Below are positions 55,900 through 64,000 of a stretch of 64,000 bases of DNA, one piece after another. The DNA is from Gammaproteobacteria bacterium (GTDB taxonomy: Bacteria; Pseudomonadota; Gammaproteobacteria; Eutrophobiales; Eutrophobiaceae). The stretch lies in contig CBDCTH010000004.1 of NCBI GenBank assembly GCA_965222155.1, forward strand, positions 160,001-224,000, given 5' to 3'. Position 1 is the stretch's first letter. Each line of letters starts with the position of its first letter. The translations under genes and the position numbers were made by a program. Below the pieces are notes generated by a model. That model saw only the letters and a list, made by a program, of their open reading frames with translations, had not been told where the DNA came from and did not search any database.

Positions 55900-56394
55900 A
55901 TGAATGTAAACATGAAATCCGTTTGTATTTTTCTTGCCGGCCTGGTTTTCAATGTAATAGTCTCAGCAGCGGCATTCGCTGAAGATGACGGGCATCCTGC
56001 CATTACAGGAGGCGTTCCGTTTTTTTACTACAATGATCTTCCGGCGGCGGCGGACTGGTACAAGAACAAACTTGGTCTTAAGCCACTGACCGAAGAGGAC
56101 TGGGTGGTCATCTTTGAACTCAACGCTTCTTCCTATATCGGCCTGGTCAATGCTACCGGCGGAGAATTGAAACCGATCGCGGAAAAGGGCTCATTGCTCT
56201 CCATCGACACGCCGGACCTGGAAGCCTGGTGGGACAGGCTGAAAGACGTGGAAGGCATCAATATCAAAAACGGCATCATAACCGGCGCCGACGGGATGAT
56301 AGAGCAATTCAGCCTGCAAGATCCGGAAGGTTACATCGTAGAGTTCTTCCGCTGGAAAGAACACCGCCCGGAAGCGCAACGCTATAGCAAATAA
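55900..56394 (+). CDS. Secreted VOC/glyoxalase family protein
   Basis: Signal peptide; DL.AA.DWY...LG and DPEGYIVEF motifs. Confidence 0.82.
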   Translation: MNVNMKSVCIFLAGLVFNVIVSAAAFAEDDGHPAITGGVPFFYYNDLPAAADWYKNKLGLKPLTEEDWVVIFELNASSYIGLVNATGGELKPIAEKGSLLSIDTPDLEAWWDRLKDVEGINIKNGIITGADGMIEQFSLQDPEGYIVEFFRWKEHRPEAQRYSK

Positions 56395-56402
56395 TTTGTA
56401 CG

Positions 56403-56508
56403 GGGTCACGCGCGCTTCTTCTTCCATCGAATGGCCGTGACCAGCCGCTCTCATGCGGAGTTGTGTTTTCACGTCGCTATCAAGATTGCGGATTGTAATA
56501 CTCGCCAT
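56403..56508 (-). pseudogene. Truncated FitA-like RHH antitoxin
   Basis: MASITIRNLD..K..LR.RAA.HG.SMEEEAR, cut at the convergent gene end; no toxin gene. Confidence 0.8.
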
Positions 56509-56703
56509 AGCCTCACCATCCGTTATCTGAATTGCTCGGTATGCTAAACAATGATTGCAATGCAATCAAGACCGACTGCACCAAAAGATAATTCAGGCTG
56601 ATACAGCCGCTCTGCTATGCTAATTCTCATCAACATATCTTTATCGACTTCTCTATGACTTACTCGGTCGTCGGCAGGAGGCAGGCGTTCTTATGTATTT
56701 TAA

Positions 56704-56772
56704 TTCAGTATATTTGTAAAATATACTTTACAAAATTATTATTTTAATCTAATATGTTCAGTATATTTTACA
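56704..56772. promoter_or_regulatory. Probable HipB operator sites
   Basis: tgtaaaatatactttaca and tgttcagtatattttaca upstream of hipB. Confidence 0.5.
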
Positions 56773-56785
56773 TAAATGAATTATT

Positions 56786-57046
56786 ATGACACTACAAAAC
56801 CTCGGAAAAAAAATTGCTGTCTTGCGTAGAGAAAAAGGCCTCAGTCAAGATGAAGTATGCCGGGTTGCGGGTATCTCACGTACCACGTTAAGCCAGCTTG
56901 AAAACAGTGAATTATCTGAGTTGGGTTTTAATAAGGTGTACCGCATCCTGTCCTACCTCGATAAGGATCTATCTGTGGTAAACAAAGCGCCCCTGCCGAC
57001 GCTGGATGATCTCCTGCGTCAGCGACAGGAAGACTTCGATAAATGA
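56786..57046 (+). CDS. hipB: HipB-like XRE antitoxin
   Basis: LSQ......GISRTTLSQLEN; PLPTLDDL tail. Confidence 0.85.
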   Translation: MTLQNLGKKIAVLRREKGLSQDEVCRVAGISRTTLSQLENSELSELGFNKVYRILSYLDKDLSVVNKAPLPTLDDLLRQRQEDFDK

Positions 57047-57079
57047 CCTTCAGACAAACCTCAATGAAAGGATACGCTT

Positions 57080-58504
57080 GTGGTCGCAAAAGTAAAAAGA
57101 TTATTAATCAAGGTTAATCAGGTAGCGGTAGGCTATCTGTCCAAAGACGAAACCGGGTACGGTGAAAAGAAATATGTTTTCACCTATCTCCCCGACATCC
57201 GTCCGGACCAGGCTGTCTCATTAACTATGCCTGTTCGCAATGAAAGCTATGTTTTGGGGTTTCTGCATCCTGTGTTTGAAATGAGCCAGCCAGAGGGTTT
57301 GCTTAAAGACCATTTGGTGAACCGATTCAGTAAAATACTTTCTATGGATGACATGGGGCTCTTATTCCTGACCGGTCGTTCCCGGGTCGGGAACGACACG
57401 GCGGAAATAGATCCCAATAACACTGATAAGGAACTCGCTGATCTTGCTCAGATGACATTTCGGCATGAACGACAAGATGGCATAGAAGCAAAGGACGTCG
57501 TCCATGCGAGTGAACAAGACTGGGAACCGTTGTTTGAGCGTATCCTTAAGGATTTTGCTATCAACTCAGGGATTGGCGGTATGCAGCCGAAAGTTCTGGC
57601 CCGGATTGCGGAAAGTTTACCTGAGAATGAAGTTCGGTTTACAGCCAGTATACCCACACATATTGTTAAGGCATCAGACAAGGATCACCCTTATCTGGCA
57701 CTAAATGAATCCTTGTGCCTGACGGTAGCTAACCAAGCCGGACTCGATGTCCCCCATCATCAAATCAGTGATAACGGTCAGGTTATTATCATCGACAGGT
57801 TTGATTTAAAAAAAGATGGCAGCCATTATGCTGTTGAAGATGGTTGCGTACTCCAGGCTCAACCGGCCAGCGAGAAATACGATAGCAGTATGGAGAAACT
57901 TGTCAAAGCGATCCTGACGTACTTGCCGGACAAAAATAAACCAGCCGCGGCAAAGGCGATTTTCACGTTAACCGTGACCAACACACTGGTTCGCAATGGC
58001 GATGCCCATTTAAAAAACTTCGCTATCGTATATGACGAAGCAGCCGACGCCGTTTTCGCTAAAAGCTATGACGTCACTACAACCCGAGCTTACGCATCTC
58101 TGAGAGAAGATGTCCCGGCACTCATGATGCATAACACCAAGCGTTGGCCAACAATAAAAGAACTCGTTCGCTTTGGAAAAGGGTCTTGCTATCTTAAAGA
58201 GCGGGAATGCAATAAAGTCATTAAGAATGTCATTAAGGTACTATGTGATGTCGGCAAATCTATTCCTGGCGTCATTAAGACATGTCCGGGATCAGAACAT
58301 GTCTGTACCGCCATGGTTTCACAGTGGAATGATGGTATTAAGTCACTTTACTTTAAAAAGGATGGTGAAAAAAAAGCTTTTCAAACTGGTCTTGACGAGG
58401 TTGAAGAAGCCCTGCTGTCAGATTACGGTGACCCGTATCTAAATCAGGAAAAACCGGCCCGAGCTGTTCGACCGGAAAACTCATTACGCACACCTGGAAT
58501 TTAA
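57080..58504 (+). CDS. hipA: HipA-family kinase toxin
   Basis: VSLTMP, GGMQPK, DRFD, NGDAHLKNF and YDV motifs. Confidence 0.9.
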   Translation: MVAKVKRLLIKVNQVAVGYLSKDETGYGEKKYVFTYLPDIRPDQAVSLTMPVRNESYVLGFLHPVFEMSQPEGLLKDHLVNRFSKILSMDDMGLLFLTGRSRVGNDTAEIDPNNTDKELADLAQMTFRHERQDGIEAKDVVHASEQDWEPLFERILKDFAINSGIGGMQPKVLARIAESLPENEVRFTASIPTHIVKASDKDHPYLALNESLCLTVANQAGLDVPHHQISDNGQVIIIDRFDLKKDGSHYAVEDGCVLQAQPASEKYDSSMEKLVKAILTYLPDKNKPAAAKAIFTLTVTNTLVRNGDAHLKNFAIVYDEAADAVFAKSYDVTTTRAYASLREDVPALMMHNTKRWPTIKELVRFGKGSCYLKERECNKVIKNVIKVLCDVGKSIPGVIKTCPGSEHVCTAMVSQWNDGIKSLYFKKDGEKKAFQTGLDEVEEALLSDYGDPYLNQEKPARAVRPENSLRTPGI

Positions 58505-58566
58505 CAGTGTTTTCCAATCTGAAGGGTGATAGGTTAGATGATCTGCGATCAGTATCTGGAGAGGTT

Positions 58567-60342
58567 CTAGCCCGCATATCTCACAAACCATTGTAAAAGG
58601 GTCTCAACTTCGCGTATAATGTAAGAGTTATCAATATCTTACATTAAACTTGAGAGGAGACCCCATGGCTACACAGTGTACTTCAACCCAACTTGAATTT
58701 CAATCCTTTGGTCGGCGCCATGTCACCGGGCGATTTGACGGTGGCCGGCGCACCTCGGACGCCGGCGGGCTGCTGCTGCGTGAGCTGGAGCAGCGTTTGA
58801 ATGTGCTGCCCCGGCTGGCGGGGTGTTTTACGGATTATCGTCAGGCGGGGAAGGTGGAGCACCCGGTACAGGCGTTGTTGGCGCAACGCATCTATGGGCT
58901 GGCCTTGGGGTATGAAGACCTCAATGACCAGGATGCCTTGCGCAGTGACAGTCTGCTGGCGTTACTGGTGGGCAAGGCGGACCTGACGGGGGATAGCCGT
59001 CGCCGGGCCCGTGACCGGGGGCATCCGTTGGCGGGGTCGAGCACGTTGAACCGGCTGGAGTTGGGGGTGCCTGAGCAGGCGGCGCAGCACCGTTACCGGA
59101 AGATAGTGGCAGACCCTGCGGGGTTGGACCGCGTGATGGTGGAGACTTTTCCGGCCTCGTACCGGCGTGCGCCGTCGGTGTTGTGGCTGGACCTCGATGC
59201 GACGGACGACCCGCTGCACGGTGAGCAGGCGGGGCGTTTCGTTCACGGCTACTACAAGTCCTATTGTTATCTGCCGTTGTACATCTTCTGTGAGGAGCAC
59301 CTGTTGTGCGCCCGGTTGCGCCCGGCCAATGAGGATGCGGCGGCAGGCCGTGTGGACGAGTTGGCCCGGATTATCGGACAGATAAGGCAGCGTTGGCCCG
59401 AGGTGCAGGTCAGGGTACGCGGGGATTCGGGGTTTTGCCGGGAGGAACTGATGGCCTGGTGCGAAGCCAATGATGTGGATTACCTGCTCGGGTTGGCGCG
59501 CAATGGCCGGTTGGAGAAGCAGATTGCCAAGGCCTTGCGCAAGTCGCACCGGCGTTACCTGCAGACGGGCCGGGCCGCGCGGCGCTTCCGGGAATTACGG
59601 TATCGTACCTTGCAGAGTTGGTCGCGCACGCGCCGGGTGCTAGCAAAAGCAGCGCATCTGGCCAACGGCGCCAACCCGCGTTTTGTGGTCACCAACCTGG
59701 ATAACAAAACCGCCGGCGCCCAGGTGTTGTACGAGCAGTTATACTGCATGCGCGGGGAGCTGGAAAATCGCATCAAGGCGCAGCAACCGGGCCTGTTTGC
59801 CGACCGTACCAGCACGGCCACCCTGCGCGCCAACCAGTTGCGCCTGTAGCTGTCTGCCTTTGCCTGCCTGCTGCTGCACGGCCTGCGCCGCCTGGGACTG
59901 GCCGGCACCCGTTGGGCCAAGGCGCAATGCGGCACGCTCCGCACCCGTATCCTCAAACTGGCCGCCGTGGTGCGCATCAGCGCCCGCCGGGTCTGGCTGG
60001 CCTTCGCCTCCGGCTATCCGCACCAGGCCAGGTTCGCCACCGTGCGCCAACAACTGCGAGACGGCCCCGTGCCCGACCCACCCGGTTAACCCGCGGGACC
60101 TCACTCATCCCCTGACCCGCGCGGCGGCCCCGCCGTGAACGGTCTCCCTTGGCCGGCTGACCGCATCACACCCGCCTGGGCAGGGCAAACGCCGGTCTGT
60201 CACCGGAGGGTCGTGATAAACAGGCCGTACGCGTCACCGATTTGCTTGTTTGCCTGCTCTATCGACCCTATGCAGTGAGTGAATCAACGACAGACAGCCT
60301 GTTTGTCGCTGTTTGGTAAAGTTTGTGAGATATGCGGGCTAG
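58567..60342 (+). mobile_element. IS1380-family insertion sequence
   Basis: Perfect 22-bp inverted ends ctagcccgcatatctcacaaac / gtttgtgagatatgcgggctag, including CTAG (probable target duplication). Confidence 0.92.
58665..60089 (+). pseudogene. IS1380 DDE transposase with a premature TAG at 59847-59849
   Basis: FDGG..TSDAG, LDLDATDDPLHG, RGDSGF and ENRIK motifs; similarity continues past the stop. Confidence 0.88.
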
Positions 60343-61685
60343 TCCTTCCCGTTACGCTCATACTTGCCTCCCTGATCTGCTTCATTGCGAACGCTGCCGA
60401 TTTTTACAAGCCGCCCGAATTTTCTATTCCCGGCGGGACAACCATCATCCATGCAGGTACTTTGCTGGCTGTGCCCGGTGAGACAGCGATGGTTGAACAG
60501 AGCATTATCGTCAGGGCCGGCAAAATTGTTGAAATTCGTCCCGGCTACGCCTCGATGGACAGTATCGAGGCCGACGATATCACTGGTATCGTTGACTTAT
60601 CCGATAAATTTGTAATGCCGGGTTTTATTGACCTGCATGTTCACCTGACCTCACAAGCCGGTTCCGGTAACAAATTGCAAAGGGTGACTTATAGTGATGC
60701 GGACTACGCTCTGAATGCGGCTATGCATGCCCGTAGAACCCTGCTGGCGGGGTTTACCACCGTGCGCAACGTGGGTTCTCGCGGTAATGCAATGTTCGCC
60801 CTGCGCGATGCCATTAAAGCAGGAAAGGTGCCGGGGCCAAAAATATTGGTTGCCGGTCGGTCTATTGCGGCAACAGGCGGCCATGGCGACAACCATGGTT
60901 TTCGGCAAGAGGTGTTGGATGCCTTACCCAGCAGTGGAATCTGTGATGGTCCCGACTCCTGCCGGGCAGCGGTAAGACGCCAGGTAAAGCGTGGCGCTGA
61001 CGTAATCAAGGTTACCGCAACGGGTGGTGTGTTAAGCGAAACAGCAGCAGGAACAGGACAACAACTGACCGATGAAGAGTTGAAGGCTATAGTAGAAGCG
61101 GCCCATAGCCTGGGCCGCAAGGTAACCGCCCATGCCCACGCCAAAGAAGGTATTGAAGCCGCCCTGCGAGCAGGATTTGATTCCATTGAACATGCCATGT
61201 GGGCGGACGAGGACACCATGAATCTGTTTAACGAAACGGGCGCATGGATGATTCCGACGGTCTATCCCATTACCGCGGTTGGCGATACGCCGGAAAAAAT
61301 GAAGCAGGGGCCATTTCGGGATATGCCCCCTCCGATAATGGAAAAGTTACTGGCATTGGGCAGGCAACCCAAAGATATGACGGCCCTGGCCTACAAAATG
61401 GGTGTAAACATTGCCTTAGGTACTGATTCCGCGGTGTCCCCGCACGGAGAAAATGCAAATGAGTTTGTTGAATATGTCAATATCGGCATGTCGGAGATGG
61501 AAGCGCTGGTCGCCGGTACAATCAATGCTGCAAAGGCAACGGGCATTGATGCAACTGTCGGTTCCCTGGAACCGGGCAAGGCCGCGGATATCGTGGCCAT
61601 GCCAGGCAATCCCCTCAACGATATCAGCGCCGTTTTAGACGTGGTATTCGTGATGCGGGATGGTGTTGTCTTCAAGCAGGAATAA
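60279..61685 (+). CDS. Metal-dependent amidohydrolase (Xaa-Pro dipeptidase-like); the ORF start lies within the IS
   Basis: PGFIDLHVH, AHAH, SIEH and GTDS motifs. Confidence 0.9.
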   Translation: MNQRQTACLSLFGKVCEICGLVLPVTLILASLICFIANAADFYKPPEFSIPGGTTIIHAGTLLAVPGETAMVEQSIIVRAGKIVEIRPGYASMDSIEADDITGIVDLSDKFVMPGFIDLHVHLTSQAGSGNKLQRVTYSDADYALNAAMHARRTLLAGFTTVRNVGSRGNAMFALRDAIKAGKVPGPKILVAGRSIAATGGHGDNHGFRQEVLDALPSSGICDGPDSCRAAVRRQVKRGADVIKVTATGGVLSETAAGTGQQLTDEELKAIVEAAHSLGRKVTAHAHAKEGIEAALRAGFDSIEHAMWADEDTMNLFNETGAWMIPTVYPITAVGDTPEKMKQGPFRDMPPPIMEKLLALGRQPKDMTALAYKMGVNIALGTDSAVSPHGENANEFVEYVNIGMSEMEALVAGTINAAKATGIDATVGSLEPGKAADIVAMPGNPLNDISAVLDVVFVMRDGVVFKQE

Positions 61686-61716
61686 TGTCTTTTACTACTA
61701 TCATCACTTAATCGAT

Positions 61717-63081
61717 ATGTTCAAACTGAAAAACAACATGTACAGATTTGCAACTGTATTCCTCATGATCTTTTCCGGCATAGCAAGTGCTGTCGGCGCA
61801 AGCCTGATTATCGAAGACGTTGTCTTAATCGATGGGACCGGTCGACAACCGGTAGAACAGATCAGTGTGCTGGTTCAGGAGGATCGCATTGTCGAAATAA
61901 AAAGAGGACAATTCAGCAGCTCCCAACGTAAGGGCGCGCGAGTCATCGACGCTAAGCACAAATACCTGATCCCCGGCCTGATGGATGTTCATGTCCATTT
62001 GGCAGGTAGTATAAAAGTCACTGAGGAGGGCCTGCGTGAGGTAGATATGGATATGCAAAAAGGTATCAGGGCGTTGCACGGCTATCTATATAGCGGTGTG
62101 ACCTCAATCTATGACGCAGGAAATATACCCGATTACATTTTTGATCTGAGGGAACAGGAACGCTCCGGCGCTATTACCAGTCCGCGTATTTTTGCTACAG
62201 GTGGTATTGTGACCTATCCGGGGAGTCATGGGAGTGGTCCCGGAGCGACTACCGTAGATGACTGGCCTGAGGCGATTCCTCAATTAGACGAACATATCCA
62301 ACGCCGGCCCGATATATTAAAGCTGACCCTTGAAGAAAGGGGCTGGGGACTACGGCCAATGATCCCGAAGTTGCCTTTGCCCTTAATGGAGCGAATTATC
62401 GAGTACTACAATGATCATGGTATCCGCACCACCGCACATACTCCCAGTGAAATTCGCGCAAGACAAGCCATCTTTGTCGGAATAGACACCCTGGCGCATC
62501 CGGTTATTGTCGGTCCCATTACTGATAGCTTTGCAAAACTCATGGGTGTAAAGAAAATTCCCATGGCGACCACGTTAACGATCGGCGAAAACTACAGCCG
62601 ATTGGCCGAGCATCCTGAATACCTGGATCAAGCGCTTTATCAGGCGGTATTCACAAAAGAGGAAATCGAGGTTTTAAAAAATAAAACCCGGCAGGAATAT
62701 CAGGACAGGGACTGGACCTGGTGGATGAAGCTGATGACCCCGGTTGCCCAGGATAATCTCCGTCAAATTAACGCGGCAGGCGGCATACTGGCATTAGGGA
62801 CAGATCAAACCAATGGTCCGGCAGTACATCGTGAAATGGAACTCCTGGCTGCCGCTGGCATACCCGCACTGGAAATCATCCGAATTGCAACATTAAACGG
62901 CGCAAGATTTTTAGGAAAAGAGGAACAGCTGGGGTCGATTGAGGAAGGAAAACTCGCTGATATGGTGATATTGAATGCCGATCCGACAGAAGATATCGAT
63001 AACGCCAAAAACATCCATATGGTCATTAAAAATGGCAGCCTGATAGACAGAAAGAAACTGGACCTGCCTGTTAATTATTAA
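61717..63081 (+). CDS. Secreted amidohydrolase family protein
   Basis: PGLMDVHVH, GTD and GSIEEGKLAD motifs; start uncertain (61717 or 61738). Confidence 0.88.
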   Translation: MFKLKNNMYRFATVFLMIFSGIASAVGASLIIEDVVLIDGTGRQPVEQISVLVQEDRIVEIKRGQFSSSQRKGARVIDAKHKYLIPGLMDVHVHLAGSIKVTEEGLREVDMDMQKGIRALHGYLYSGVTSIYDAGNIPDYIFDLREQERSGAITSPRIFATGGIVTYPGSHGSGPGATTVDDWPEAIPQLDEHIQRRPDILKLTLEERGWGLRPMIPKLPLPLMERIIEYYNDHGIRTTAHTPSEIRARQAIFVGIDTLAHPVIVGPITDSFAKLMGVKKIPMATTLTIGENYSRLAEHPEYLDQALYQAVFTKEEIEVLKNKTRQEYQDRDWTWWMKLMTPVAQDNLRQINAAGGILALGTDQTNGPAVHREMELLAAAGIPALEIIRIATLNGARFLGKEEQLGSIEEGKLADMVILNADPTEDIDNAKNIHMVIKNGSLIDRKKLDLPVNY

Positions 63082-63318
63082 TGCGTTGCCTGGTCGAGCG
63101 CAGAACCCAGATTTTTATTTATGACCCCCGACCCAACACACGAATTGCTCATACATGACATCGACAAAATAGTCATATTCACGGCCGCCACACTCCAGGG
63201 CACCAAGCAAACAAGAATATTCATAAACAACAACCCCCCATCACTGGCACTGCGAATATGGATTGAGGCGGTATTATCTGTTCCGTTTTGAACCCGTGAC
63301 GCATTGTCAGGTAACCGG

Positions 63319-63345
63319 CGGTTCATCCCCACGTGGTGGGGAACT
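63319..63345 (-). repeat. Solitary type I-E CRISPR-repeat-like sequence
   Basis: cggttcatccccacgtggtggggaact; no second repeat or cas gene in the window. Confidence 0.5.
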
Positions 63346-63646
63346 TAAGGCAGCGCGGCAGACGGGTAAAACCACTTCCCTTCTTAATCAGGTCTATTTG
63401 CCTGAATACCGGCGATTTCTTTCGCGTTTTAATCCACGTATCCAAAGATACGAAACCGACCGCCGCGCCATTTTTTGTTTCGTGCCAAGATGCTAGTCCA
63501 GTATAACCAATACCTGGCAACTGAAACAAACACGCGTAGATTGATCTGAACCGAGTAAAAATCATCTACCAGAAAAATCATAGTAAACCGTTAATATATT
63601 AGTCAATACTGTTTTTTTGCTGTGTGGAATGCGCTACACTATCAGA

Positions 63647-63814
63647 ATGAAGTTGAACCTAACCACAACGTGGGAAGACGTGCGCCGCCTGGGAATCATC
63701 CTCACCGCGGGCGGCTTGCTTTCCGGCGTACTTGAAAACGGTGAAACACTCACTGCCGGGGGATAGACCCTGGCCGGATTGGTTTTACTTTTGTTGGGCA
63801 ACCTGGAGCATTGA
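63647..63814 (+). pseudogene. Small two-TM peptide with an internal TAG (63764)
   Basis: Two hydrophobic segments; TGATG coupling to the next ORF. Confidence 0.4.
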
Positions 63815-63915
63815 TGAACACTGCACTATTGACCGCAGGCGGCATAATTTTTGCCGGCGCGCTATTGCTGGCTTACCTGGCAACACGTCAAGCGCGCCGC
63901 GATAAACAGCCCTAG
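63814..63915 (+). CDS. 33-aa single-TM peptide
   Basis: MNTALLTAGGIIFAGALLLAYLATRQARRDKQP. Confidence 0.4.
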   Translation: MNTALLTAGGIIFAGALLLAYLATRQARRDKQP

Positions 63916-64000
63916 ACTCCCGCATCCGGGCTAATTCAGGCATTGCCATTGCCGGATGCCCAAAAATCCGGCAGACAGGCAGATTCTCACGATTCCGGGC

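Overview
Chromosomal window from a probable gammaproteobacterium, judged from the dapB...carA-carB-greA-rlmE-ftsH-glmM synteny. Two accessory regions interrupt or follow this backbone. The first (about 14 kb, between dapB and carA) holds a nuclease-like fusion plus an ART-like gene, a thioesterase, an Lhr helicase, a MocA-like gene, three TA modules and a decayed R-M system. The second follows serA-DUF1015-tRNA-Ser(CGA). It holds more TA modules, Sel1 proteins, a TonB receptor with a nitrilase, and an aromatic-catabolic cluster (marR-amidase-AOR-boxC-boxB divergent from hcrCAB). It also contains hipBA, an IS1380 and two amidohydrolases. Main observations: (1) four 1.1-1.7 kb TA cassettes are bracketed by duplicated, mostly synonymously diverged ends of the neighbouring gene, with no integrase in the window; (2) the Box cluster lacks boxA and boxD but has an AOR overlapping boxC and shares a promoter region with a 4-hydroxybenzoyl-CoA reductase; (3) an RNase H-like fusion protein is coupled to a putative ADP-ribosyltransferase-like gene; (4) a REP hairpin lies in-frame inside Lhr; (5) there is a solitary type I-E CRISPR-like repeat. 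All family calls come from motif recognition by eye, not from database searches.
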